From the NCBI GenBank assembly GCA_963767925.1, contig CAVYGB010000008.1:2368001-2432000 (forward strand): a stretch of DNA of 64,000 nucleotides. The letters are read 5' to 3'. Shown one piece after another: positions 20,137-30,221 of the stretch (position 1 is its first letter; every line of letters begins with the position of its first letter). Origin of the DNA: an uncultured delta proteobacterium. Its GTDB lineage: Bacteria > Myxococcota_A > Polyangia > Fen-1088. Below the pieces are notes generated by a model. It was not told the origin of the DNA and did not search any database. It was given only the letters and a program-made list of their open reading frames with translations. A program made the translations under genes and the position numbers.

Positions 20137-20552
20137 GCGGTTGTTGGATACGGACATCCTCTCCGAAATCCTCAAGGGAAGGAACGTCTCGGTTTACGGC
20201 ACGAGCAACGGCGTATCTGGCGGAGCATGGCAGGTTCACCACGTCGGCGGTGACGGTCGCGGAGGTCGTCTACGGATTCCGTCGGGTGGGTCGGGAGGAC
20301 CGTGTGACCCAGTTCGAAACGTCTGCGGACGCATCCGAGGTACTCCCCTTCGATGACCAGGCTGCCCGGCTCGCCGGGCGAATCAATGCCGATCTGGAAC
20401 GCCTCGGCCGCGTCATCGGAATGCCTGACGTCATGGTTGCCGCGATCGCCCTGCGAAACGGTCTCCCGATCGTCACCGGAAACGTCGTGCACTTCGAATA
20501 CGTCATGGCCGCGGGGTACCCGCTGGCTATCGAGAACTGGAAAAATACCTGA
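20129..20552 (+). CDS. vapC: PIN-domain VapC toxin (frameshift near 20190)
   Basis: LLDTDILSE, TVAEVVYG, VLPFDD, DVMVAAIAL, IVTGNVVHF. Confidence 0.85.
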
Positions 20553-21017
20553 CCCTCGGTCCGGGCGTCCCTCGAGGGGAGGACAATCCCCGCAGCAGTG
20601 GCTCCCTCGGGCTGAGCGCGCCCAGTCTGCCGCACTCGCTCACGCCCGCGGCTTCTGTCGCCGGTCCTCGTCGGCGGATCAACCGGCGCACCCGACGTTC
20701 GGAGCCGCGGCATCAGCGACCTGGCCCGGCGACGGTCGCCGGTGAGGTCGGGAGGCGAGATGGGCAAGACCGTGGTCAGGTGTCGAACAACCGGAAGCCG
20801 CAGCGGTGTTGTCCACGGACGACGGGGCAGCATCGGTGCAAGGGGTGCAGTCGTCACCGGGTCAGGTGGACCAGCGGGCCTGCCAGCCGGGGGCGAAAGC
20901 GTCCTCGCCGATCGACCGTTCCGCACGCGGGCGTCCCAGACTGACAGTAGCGGGGTCAGTCAAAGGCGCACGCGGGGTCGCCAACTTCTTGGCGTGACCC
21001 TGATTTGAACGGATGAG

Positions 21018-21091
<74 letters not shown>

Positions 21092-21173
21092 TCAAGGATT
21101 TCAGTCGACTAGGTTAGGCTCTCGCCGGCGGCCGGGATTTTTAGGGGCCCGGAAGTCTTCGAAAGGGACGGAG

Positions 21174-21202
21174 AAACTGCCCCATCGGATGTGCCACGTC
21201 AA
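21174..21202 (-). promoter_or_regulatory. Candidate sigma70 promoter for the tRNA
   Basis: TTGACG-17 bp-CAGTTT about 80 bp upstream of the tRNA. Confidence 0.5.
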
Positions 21203-21409
21203 GTGCGATCGGCAGAGAGGGTGGGGATTGGCATTTCTTGGACGGAGGGAGGGACGTCGGGGAGGGGTCGCGGGGAGGCCCTTCGTGCGCGGGCGACTGC
21301 GGGAGTGAGCTCGGTACGAAGTCCGCTCGGCCAGGCAATGGCCCGCCTGTTCGCGGTCGATTCGAGCGCGGGCACAGACTGGCGCTTGTCGCAGCGGACG
21401 ATCGGGCGA

Positions 21410-21567
21410 GGTTCTCTGGTGTCAGGCACGAGTCTCGGCTGCCGTCTGTCGGCCTCGTGGCGGTTCGCTGGAATCGGGTACGGGTCCCGGGCTGTCGTCG
21501 GTCGGCGTCGTGGCGGTTCGCTGGTGTCGGGTCCGAGTCGCCGGCCGTTGGTCTGCATCGACGGCTC
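21410..21567. repeat. Degenerate tandem repeat, about 3 x 52-53 bp
   Basis: GGTTC[T/G]CTGG starts at 21410, 21462 and 21515 with similar downstream sequence. Confidence 0.65.
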
Positions 21568-22171
21568 GTGCGGCCGTCCGGGGCGTCGGTAGATGGCAGG
21601 TATCGATCCGCGTGGACAGGACCGAAAGATCGCGCGTGGGGGAATGTCGGATGGCGGCTGCCGTCTCCTTGTCGGCGCATGCGGCCTCAGCGATTGAGAT
21701 GCTGCTGCGGTCGCCGGTGTGTCAGCCGGTCGATCTCTTCCCCCTCATCACCTTCCGCCCGCCGCGACCAACCCGCTCGCAGCCACCGTGCCAGCGCGCC
21801 CGTGCGCGGACTCCCGGTGCGAGGGGACAGTAATGCCCGGGAGCACGCTTGTACGCACCGGAGCGCGCGTAGGGGGCGCTGAGGGCGCGCTCGGGCGCAT
21901 CCACGTGACAGCGGCTCTGCGGGGCGCTCGGCGCGCGCGACGATCGAGCGTGGGGGTCCCTCTAACTCGACGCATTGAGACCTCCGGCGGGGCCTGCGGG
22001 GTTTTATGTCGAATGTGTAACGTCGTGGGTTCTGTGGAGGGGGAGTTGGAGTAATCTGGACTACGAGGGGTTTGGCGTCGCTGTGCGACGTCCGGCGCTG
22101 TCGGGGTCGGCCGGGCGAGGGGGAAAGCGCCGAGGGCGGGGCGATTTCCGCGTCTTTCCGGGAGGAAAGAG

Positions 22172-22990
22172 ATGATCGCTGAAGGAGGCTGGGCAAATCC
22201 GAGGCCCCGCAGGCGGCTGGGGGTGATCGTCATCCTGGCGGTGGCGGCGCTTGGCGCGACGGTGGCTTATGCCACCTTCTTCGAGCCCCAGCGGATCGAG
22301 ACGACCCGCCACAATTTCGTCGGCAACGTCCAGCGGCCGCTCCGGATCGTCCACCTCAGCGACCTGCACATGCGCGGGATGGGGGCGCGCGAGCGCGGCC
22401 TCATCCTCCTCGTGCGCAAGGAGAACCCGGATCTTATCGTCATCACGGGCGACACGACCAACGGCGACAGCCTCGAGCCGGCGCGCGACTTCCTCCTCAA
22501 TCTCTCGGCGCCGCTGGGGGTCTGGGTCGTGCGCGGGGACGCCGAGCGCTGGACGGACCAGGACCGGGAGCGGCCGCTGTACGCCCAGGCCGGGGTGCAC
22601 TTCCTCCAGAACCGGGGGGCGGCGGCGCGCGACGACCTATGGCTGGCAGGGCTCGACGATCCGGTGACCGGCACGCCCGACCTGGACTCCGCGCTGCAGG
22701 GCGCGCCCACCGGGTCGTTCAAGGTGGTGCTCATGCACGCGCCCGATCACTTCCCGCGCATCGCCGGGCGCTTCGACCTGGCGCTGGCCGGGCACAGCCA
22801 CGGGGGCCAGATCGTCCTGCCCGGCTACGGCCCGGTGCTGTTGCCCGCGGGCGGGCGGCGTTACGTGCGGGGCTGGTTCACCCAGAACCGCAGCCACCTG
22901 TTCGTCAACCGCGGGGTAGGGACGGGGCCGACGCCGGGGCGGCTGTTCGCGCGCCCCGAGCTGGCGATCATCGACGTGCGGCCGGGCTGA
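22172..22990 (+). CDS. Metallophosphoesterase (YkuE-like), membrane-anchored
   Basis: HLSDLH, ITGD, LAGHSHGGQI, VNRGVG. Confidence 0.9.
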   Translation: MIAEGGWANPRPRRRLGVIVILAVAALGATVAYATFFEPQRIETTRHNFVGNVQRPLRIVHLSDLHMRGMGARERGLILLVRKENPDLIVITGDTTNGDSLEPARDFLLNLSAPLGVWVVRGDAERWTDQDRERPLYAQAGVHFLQNRGAAARDDLWLAGLDDPVTGTPDLDSALQGAPTGSFKVVLMHAPDHFPRIAGRFDLALAGHSHGGQIVLPGYGPVLLPAGGRRYVRGWFTQNRSHLFVNRGVGTGPTPGRLFARPELAIIDVRPG

Positions 22991-23012
22991 GCCCGCGGCC
23001 GCGGCCGGGCCA

Positions 23013-23489
23013 TCAGGCGGTGACGGGGGCAGCGGCGGCGGTGGCGGCGGCCGTCTTGTCGTACTTGTCGACGAGGCGGGAGATACGCGGCACGGCGGCC
23101 TCGACGTGTTTCTTGCCGGCCGGCCGGAGCTTCTCGTAGGCCGACTTGAGCACGGTGTTCTTCGTGCGCTGGGCCCGCTCGTCGGTGATGGCGAGCAGCG
23201 CCTCGGCCACCTCGCCGGTGCGGGCGTTGAAGTAGGCGGTCACCGGCTCGTTCTTGGTCTTGGCCTGCTGGTAGATCGGATCGAGCCGGCGCGCGAAGTC
23301 GTCGAGCAGGTGATCGACGATCTCGGGCACGAAGCCCGGCTTGACGGCCTTCACGATGGCGTAGGCGGCCTTGATCGGCACGCCGAGCAGTCCCTTGGAT
23401 CCGACCTCATCCTCGATGATGCGCTCGCTGTCGGCGACCACCTGGGTGCGGACCCCGGGAGCGCCGAGGATGTCATTGAGCGTGGGCAT
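23013..23489 (-). CDS. Conserved hypothetical helical protein
   Basis: 158 aa, strong codon bias, AEALLAITDERA, AYEKLRPAGKKHVEAAVPR. Confidence 0.8.
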   Translation of the reverse strand: MPTLNDILGAPGVRTQVVADSERIIEDEVGSKGLLGVPIKAAYAIVKAVKPGFVPEIVDHLLDDFARRLDPIYQQAKTKNEPVTAYFNARTGEVAEALLAITDERAQRTKNTVLKSAYEKLRPAGKKHVEAAVPRISRLVDKYDKTAAATAAAAPVTA

Positions 23490-24840
23490 GGTCCGAGCAC
23501 TCTACCCCGGTTCTTCTTCCTGTGGTACCCAGTTGCGGGTGGGCTCGTCCGGGTCGCGTCCCCCGCCTGCCGAGATCCGGGGAGGTTCCGGCGCTGCCGC
23601 AAGCGCCGGCACACCCGCCGGCGCGAGCCGGGCGCTGGCGGTGCTCACCGGTCTCAACGTCCTGAACTACCTGGACCGGTACGTGGGGGCGGCGGTCCTG
23701 CCCCTCGTGATCGCGGGGCTGCACCTGTCGGACGGTCAGGCCGGCAATCTGCAGTCGGCCTTCATCCTCGTCTATTCGCTGATGTCCCCCGTGGCCGGCT
23801 GGTGGGGTGACCGCAAGAACCGCCTGCACCTGGCCGCCCTCGGGGTCGTGCTGTGGAGCCTGGCCACCTTCGGGTCGGGCCTGGCGCCCACCTTCGCCGT
23901 CCTGTTGCTGGCCCGGGCCCTGGTGGGGGTCGGCGAGGCCAGCTACGGCGTCGTCACCCCTTCGCTCCTCTCCGACCTCTACCCGGCCACCCATCGGGGC
24001 CGCGCCCTGGCGATCTTCTACGCGGCCGTGCCCGTGGGCAGCGCCCTCGGCTACATGCTGGGCGGCGCGGTCGGCTCGGCCTACGGCTGGCAGACGGCCT
24101 TCTTCGTGGCCGGGGGACCCGGCCTGCTGCTGGCCCTGGCCCTGCTCCTGCTGCGCGAGCCGTCCCGGGGCCGCTTCGACCCCCTCCGCTCGGACGCGGC
24201 GATCGGCCTGTCGCTGGGGGCCTCCTGGCGGGCCCTGCGCGCCCGGCCCAGCTACCTGGTCAACACGGCAGCCCAGACCGTCTACACCTTCTCGATGGGC
24301 GGCCTCGCCTACTGGATGCCCACCTACTTCGTGCGCGAACGTGGGCTGCGGCTGGACCGAGCCACCTTTCTGTTCGGGCTGTGCCTGGTCGTCTCCGGAT
24401 TCCTGGGGACCATCCTCGGCGGCTACCTCGGCGACCGCTATTCGGCCCGCAACCGGGCCGCCCACTTCGTGTTTTCGGGCTGGGCGCTGGTGCTTTCCGT
24501 CCCCTTCACGCTGATGGCTGTCCTGGCCAGCGACCCTGCTATCTTCTGGTCGGGGATGTTCATCACCTTGTTGCTCCTTTTCCTCAACACCGGCCCGCTC
24601 AACGCGGCGATGTCCAACGTCCTGCCGCCCGAGCTGCGGGCCCGCGGCTTCGGGCTCTACACCATGGCCATCCACCTGCTCGGCGACGGCCTCTCCCCCA
24701 CCCTGATCGGCGTGGCCTCGGACGCGGTCGGGCTGCGCCTGCCGGTCCTGCTCACCGGCCTGCTGCTGGCGGCGGCGGGCGTCATCCTCCTCGTCGGGCA
24801 ACACACCCTCACCCGCGACCTCCAGGCGGAGGCCACATGA
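23488..24840 (+). CDS. MFS transporter (spinster-like); start uncertain
   Basis: NVLNYLDRY, ARALVGVGEASY, about 12 TM segments. Confidence 0.9.
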   Translation: MVRALYPGSSSCGTQLRVGSSGSRPPPAEIRGGSGAAASAGTPAGASRALAVLTGLNVLNYLDRYVGAAVLPLVIAGLHLSDGQAGNLQSAFILVYSLMSPVAGWWGDRKNRLHLAALGVVLWSLATFGSGLAPTFAVLLLARALVGVGEASYGVVTPSLLSDLYPATHRGRALAIFYAAVPVGSALGYMLGGAVGSAYGWQTAFFVAGGPGLLLALALLLLREPSRGRFDPLRSDAAIGLSLGASWRALRARPSYLVNTAAQTVYTFSMGGLAYWMPTYFVRERGLRLDRATFLFGLCLVVSGFLGTILGGYLGDRYSARNRAAHFVFSGWALVLSVPFTLMAVLASDPAIFWSGMFITLLLLFLNTGPLNAAMSNVLPPELRARGFGLYTMAIHLLGDGLSPTLIGVASDAVGLRLPVLLTGLLLAAAGVILLVGQHTLTRDLQAEAT

Positions 24841-25667
24841 CCTTCGAGAAGGAGCTTTTGGCGGCCCAGCGAATCGCCGAGGAGGCGGCCGCCCTGGTGC
24901 GCACCTTCCGGGTGGCGGGCATCGCGGTCGAGAAGAAGTCGGGCGACGAGCCGGTGACCGCCGCCGACCACGCCGCCAGCGAGCTGATCGTGCGCCGCCT
25001 GGGGGAGGCCTTCCCGGCGGACGCGGTGCTGTCCGAGGAGCTGCCCGACGACGGGGCCCGGCGGCACCAGAGCCGGGTCTGGATGGTCGACCCCATCGAC
25101 GGCACCCGGGACTTCATCGCCGGCGACGACGGCTACGCCGTCATGATCGGTCTCTGCGTCGACGGGCGACCGCAGGTGGGCGCCCTGGCCATGCCCGCCA
25201 CCGGCGTGGTCTACGCCGGGATCGCGGGCGGCTCCGGCTGGAAGCAGCTCGCCGACGGCACCCGCGCGCCCCTGAAGACCTCGACCATCAGCCAGCCCCC
25301 CGGGATCCGGCTCGTCGCCTCCAAGTCCCACCGGACCAAGAACATCGATGCCTTTCGCCAGGCCCTCGCCATCGAGGACGAGCTGAACGTGGGCAGCGTG
25401 GGGGTCAAGGTCGGGCTGGTGGCCGACGGCAGCCGCGACCTCTACGTCTACCCCGGCTCCCGCACCAAGCTGTGGGACGCCTGCGCGCCCGAGGCGATCC
25501 TGCTCGCGGCCGGCGGCCGCTTCACCGACGTGCGCGGCAACGCGCTGACCTACACGGACGCCGAGCTGTACAACCGCGGGGGTATCGTCGCCTCCAACGG
25601 CCCCCTGCACGACCGGGTGCTGCGCACCCTGGCCGACCTGATCTCCGCCCAGCCCCTGCCTGGCTGA
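24837..25667 (+). CDS. CysQ/inositol monophosphatase family nucleotidase
   Basis: [34 protein letters not shown]. Confidence 0.9.
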   Translation: MTFEKELLAAQRIAEEAAALVRTFRVAGIAVEKKSGDEPVTAADHAASELIVRRLGEAFPADAVLSEELPDDGARRHQSRVWMVDPIDGTRDFIAGDDGYAVMIGLCVDGRPQVGALAMPATGVVYAGIAGGSGWKQLADGTRAPLKTSTISQPPGIRLVASKSHRTKNIDAFRQALAIEDELNVGSVGVKVGLVADGSRDLYVYPGSRTKLWDACAPEAILLAAGGRFTDVRGNALTYTDAELYNRGGIVASNGPLHDRVLRTLADLISAQPLPG

Positions 25668-25677
25668 GCGGGGCCGC

Positions 25678-27067
25678 TCAGGTCCCGGCCACCGTCATGC
25701 GCACCACCCGGAAGCTCGGACACTGCAAGGCCGAGCGGGTGTCGAGGTCGTCGCCGATGGCGTCGATGCCTTTCCACAGGTCGTCGAAGTTGGCCGAGAT
25801 GGTCACCTCGCTGACCGGGAACGCGCGCTCGCCCTTCTCGATCCAGAAGCCGCCGGCGCCCTGCGAGTAGTCGCCGGTGACCCCGTTGAAGCCGAAGCCC
25901 ATCAGCTCGGTGACGTAGAAGGCGCGGTCGAGCTTCTCCAGATCGGCCGCCCGGGTCTTGCCGGCGCCGCAGGATGAAGTTGGAGGTGGTGACGTGGGGG
26001 CTGCCGCCCACGCCCCGGCCGGCCGAGCCGGTCGACTGCCGCTGCAGCTTGCGGGCCGAGTAGGTGTCGCAGAGGAAGGTCCGGAGGGTGCCGGCCTCCA
26101 CCACGACGTTGCGGCGGGTGGCCAGGCCCTCGCCGTCGAACGGCCGCGAGCCCGGCGCCCGGGGCAGCAGGGGATCGTCGACGATGGTGACCAGCGGGGA
26201 GGCGATGACCGTACCCTCTCGCTGCGCCAGGTAGCTGCTCTTGCGCCAGACCGATCCGCCCGAGACCACGCCCGCGAGCTGGCCCAGCACGCTGCGGCCG
26301 GCGTCGGGCGAGAAGATGACCGGCACCTCGCCGGTGGGGACCTTGCGCGAGCCCAGCTTGGCCAGGGTGCGGCGGGCGGCCTCCAGCCCGACCGCCTCGT
26401 CATCGAGCAAATCACCCCGGAAGCGCGAGGAGGTCCAGAAGTAGCCGTTGCGCTTCTTGCCCTCGGCGTCGTCGCACACCGGCTCGACAACCAGGGAGAC
26501 GTTGGTCCCCCGGTAGTTGCCCGAGAAGCCCGCCGAGCTGGCGAACCCCATGGCGCCCATCACCCGGGCGAAGATGGCCCCCTCCGAGTTGGTGACCCGC
26601 TTGTCCGACTTGAGCGCGGCCGCCTCCCCCTTTATCGCGCGGGCCATGGCCTCGCGCACGGTCAGGCCGGGGACCTGCTCGTCCCACAGGTCGAGCTCGG
26701 GCAGCTCCCGCGCCATCAGCTCGCGGGCGGGCAGCGCGCCGGTGGGGTCGGGCTCGGCCAGGGCGGCCAGCTCGACGCTCTCGCGGGCCAGCCGCTCGAG
26801 CCCGGCCCGGCTGAAATCCGAGGTGTAGGTGACGGCCGAGCGGCCGTCCTTGATGACCCGCAGCCCGAGCGCGCGGCTGCCGGCCTCCTTGACCAGCTCG
26901 GGCTCGCCCATGCGCACCTTGACCTCTAGCTCGGAGCCGTCGCGGACCAGCACCTCGGCCTCGTCGGCGCCGGCGGCGAGGGTCAGGGACAACATCTGCT
27001 CGGCGAAGGCCTGGCAGGCCTGCGCGTCGGGCAAGGGGCGGCGGGAGGGGGCGGGCTGGGCGCTCAT
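25678..27067 (-). CDS. pmbA: PmbA/TldE family protein (frameshift near 25970)
   Basis: [37 protein letters not shown]; no HExxxH. Confidence 0.85.
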
Positions 27068-28532
27068 GAGGTCCTCGTCCCCCCCACGGTGATCTCGCTG
27101 ATCTTGACCGTCGGCGTGCCGATCCCCACCGGAACCGACTGGCCGTCCTTGCCGCAGGTCCAGGTCCCGTCCGACAGCCGGAAGTCGCTGCCGACCATGC
27201 TCACCCGGCGCAGCACGTCGGGCCCGTTGCCGATCAGGTTGACGCCCTTGAGGGGCGCGGTCAGCTTGCCGTCTTCGATCAGGTAGCTCTCGGTCAGCGA
27301 GAAGACGAAGTCGCCGTTCGAGATGTTGACCTGCCCGCCGGAGAACCGCTTGGCATACACCCCCCGGTTCACCGAGCGGATGATGTCCTCGGGCGACTCG
27401 TTGCCTGCCGAGCATGAGGGTGTTGGTCATGCGAGGCAGCGGCTCGTGCCGGAAGCTCTCGCGCCGGCCGTTGCCGGTGGCCTCGGTGCGGAAGTGGCGG
27501 GACGAGATCCGATCCTGCATGTAGCCGACCAGGATCCCGTTCTCGATGAGGACGTTGCGCCGCCCGGGGCTGCCCTCGTCGTCCACGTTGATCGAGCCGC
27601 GGGCGTGGCCGATGGTGCCGTCGTCGACCACCGTGCACAGCGCCGAGGCGACCTCCTTCCCGACCTGATCGGTGTAGTTGGAGGTGCGCTTGCGGTTGAA
27701 GTCGGCCTCCAGGCCGTGACCGACCGCCTCGTGCAGCAGGATCCCTGATTCGCCGGGCCCCAGCACGACCGGCATCGGTCCGGCGGGCGCCTCGGCGGCG
27801 TGGAGCATGGCGATGGCCAGCCGGGCGGCCTCGCGCCCCTGCTCCTCGGGGCTCTGCTCGGGCAGGAGGAAGTGCTCCATGCCCACGGCGCGCCGCCCCG
27901 CCAGCCCGGCCCCCCTGGCGCTTGCCCCCCTCCTCGGCGACGGCGTTGACGCCGAAGCGGATCATCGGCTGCCGGTCGCGGGCGTAGCGGCCGTCCGAGG
28001 TGACGACGAGGACGTCGCGCCACTCCTCCGACATCGAGGCCTCGACCCGAACGATGCGCTTGTCGTAGCCCCGGGCCGCCTGATCGGCCCGCCGGAGCAG
28101 GTCGACCTTGTCCCGGCCGGGCCGCTCCAGCGAAGGCGCCTTCACCGGGTAGAAGTCGGGCAAGGAGACATGCCGGATGGGCACAGGTCCGGGCGAGCCC
28201 CCGCCGGTCGCGATCTGACCGGCGGTGCGGGCCGCATCGCGCATGCGCTCCTCGGACAGCTCCTCGGTGTAGGCGTAGCCGGTGGAATCTCCGCGCAGCA
28301 CCCGCACGCCCAGCCCGAGCACGATGCCCCGCCCCACGGTGCGGACCCGACCCTCCTCGAAGACGAAGTCAGCCCCGGAGCGGTACTCGAAGTAGAGATC
28401 CGCGTATTCCCCGCCCGACCCGAGGGCCTCGCCAAGCAGGCGCTCGGCCAGGGCCACATCGATGCCGTCGAGCGGGCTGGACGGCGGAGGGACCAGATCG
28501 GGAGGCGCAGCGGCCCTGGGGTCCGTGGTCAT
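27064..28532 (-). CDS. tldD: TldD metalloprotease (frameshifts near 27890 and 27405)
   Basis: [42 protein letters not shown]. Confidence 0.9.
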
Positions 28533-28585
28533 GTTGGATACCCATCATGACCAGAACCGGCCGGTCGTGCCAGCCCGGAGGACCC

Positions 28586-29095
28586 TCAGCCCGCGCCCGG
28601 ATCGCCGTCCATAGTCTCGTCGCGCATCTTGCCGAGGCCCCGCACTTCGACCTGACGGATGCGCTCGCGGGTCAGGTTCAGGATCTCGCCGACCTCTTCG
28701 AGGGTGATGCCACCCCGGTCGGCGACGTCGAGGGCGCAGGTCTCCTTCATCTCCCACACCTCGAGGTGCGGGAAGTTGAGCTTGATGGCGCCGCTGGCCG
28801 GATTGACGTCGAGGTAGAGGTGGTGCGAGCAGCTCACGAACGGGCAGGGCCGGGTCATCGACTGGCACTCGGCCCGCGTGCCCGGCTTGTCGATGTCCCC
28901 CGGGTACACGATGAGCTGGGCCAGCCGCCGCTCCTCGCGGGTGAGGCGCTTGCCGGCGATGGTCTTCGACCGCACCCGCCCCTGGCTGATGTTGATGCGC
29001 GAACGGATCTTCTCCACCTCCGGTTGCGCCGGAAGCTCCGCCCCGCCCGTCTGCTCCTCCACTTCCTGGTTCTCGTCTTCCGCGAGCTCGGCCAT
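28586..29095 (-). CDS. Stand-alone sigma70 region-4 HTH protein with Cys/His (Zn-finger-like) domain
   Basis: [23 protein letters not shown]...ETCALDV, then [29 protein letters not shown]. Confidence 0.85.
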   Translation of the reverse strand: MAELAEDENQEVEEQTGGAELPAQPEVEKIRSRINISQGRVRSKTIAGKRLTREERRLAQLIVYPGDIDKPGTRAECQSMTRPCPFVSCSHHLYLDVNPASGAIKLNFPHLEVWEMKETCALDVADRGGITLEEVGEILNLTRERIRQVEVRGLGKMRDETMDGDPGAG

Positions 29096-29135
29096 GGTGA
29101 TCTCCTTCATCTGACTGGCGACGATCGGGCGTCGC

Positions 29136-29739
29136 CTAGAACAAGTCGTTGCCGCCCCCGAAAGCGGCGCCGGAGGCGTTGCCACCCCGGCTAGAAAGTC
29201 GGCTTTCCAAAGTCGAAATCCGTCGGACGAGCTCGCCGGCAGCCTGCTTGGCCTCGACGATCTCCCGTCTCGAGCTCCTCACGCCGCAGCGGGTCGAGGC
29301 CGGTCCCCTTGGCCTCGCGCTCGAACCCGGTCATCAGCGACCGGAGGCTCTTCTCGATCCCGTCGATCTCGTCCTTGAAGCGGACGAACGAGCGCTGGAT
29401 CTCTTCGATGGTCAGGTTCTCTGCCATCATGGCTTTGACGAGGTTCACCCGCCGGACGACATTGGCGGGGTACAGGCCATGAGACCCCTGGTGTTTCCCC
29501 TTCTGACCGACCCGGATCGACCGGGGCAGGAGGCCGAGCTGCACGTATTTGCGAAGCGTCGCCTCGGAGAACCGGATGCCCCGGGCCGTGAAGACGTCGA
29601 CGATCTGGCGCGACGTCAGGCCGTCCGGCGACGTCCGCTCGATCTCCTGGATCTGCTCCTCACTGAGCAGATCCGCGGCTCGAGACCCACTTCGCGAAGG
29701 AAGGGGGTCGAGATCAGGCGGAGGTAAGGCACCATCCAT
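29136..29739 (-). CDS. MerR-like HTH regulator with C-terminal coiled coil (frameshift near 29265)
   Basis: [17 protein letters not shown]...[25 protein letters not shown]. Confidence 0.8.
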
Positions 29740-29755
29740 TAGCTAACACTGAGAG

Positions 29756-29786
29756 TATTCTATTCAAAATATTCTATTCAATAGAA
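29756..29786. promoter_or_regulatory. AT-rich operator-like site
   Basis: TATTCTATTCAA direct repeat (29756, 29770) overlapping palindrome TTCTATT-C-AATAGAA (29772-29786), just upstream of the MerR-like gene. Confidence 0.65.
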
Positions 29787-29970
29787 CCGATACGCGTCAG
29801 ACGTTCAGGTAGGGGTGCGCCCCATGCTCGGGGTCTGTTCGCACCAGAAAAGCCCAAGCCAGACGGGCACTTACGAAGACGGGCCGCGCAGACGCGCCGA
29901 GCGGGTGCGCGGATCTGGAGCGCGCCCGCTCACAGGACCGCCGTGACGCCTCGCCCGGGCGCCCCCCGCA

Positions 29971-30135
29971 CACGCTTCCGTGCACGGAGACGTGTGACGG
30001 ATCCGAGCCCGTGCACGGGGCACGTGTGACGGTGCACGTTCACGAGCACGTGGCACGGCTCACGCTCACGCGCTCGTGCTCGTGCTCGTGCGAAGTGCAC
30101 GTCTGACATCTTTCGTGCACTTTCACGGAAGACGT
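29971..30135. repeat. CACG/CGTG-rich repeat tract
   Basis: GTGCAC at 29980, 30011, 30032, 30095, 30115; (CTCGTG)3 and GCTCAC runs. Confidence 0.7.
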
Positions 30136-30153
30136 ATCCGTCACGACCGAACG

Positions 30154-30188
30154 AAAAAAAGCCCGCCCCCGGGGAGGGAGCGGGCTTT
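30154..30188 (-). terminator. Rho-independent terminator
   Basis: AAAGCCCGC...GCGGGCTTT hairpin with 7-T tail on the minus strand, downstream of the Gfo/Idh/MocA gene. Confidence 0.85.
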
Positions 30189-30221
30189 CTGGGGCCGGGT
30201 GGCCCAGGGTCGGGGCGGGGC

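Noticed and set aside
21410..21567. CRISPR array
   Set aside because: Units are degenerate along their whole length, with no unique spacers and no cas genes
25958..27900. Programmed frameshifting in tldD/pmbA
   Set aside because: No slippery sites evident; same pattern as the window-wide indel noise
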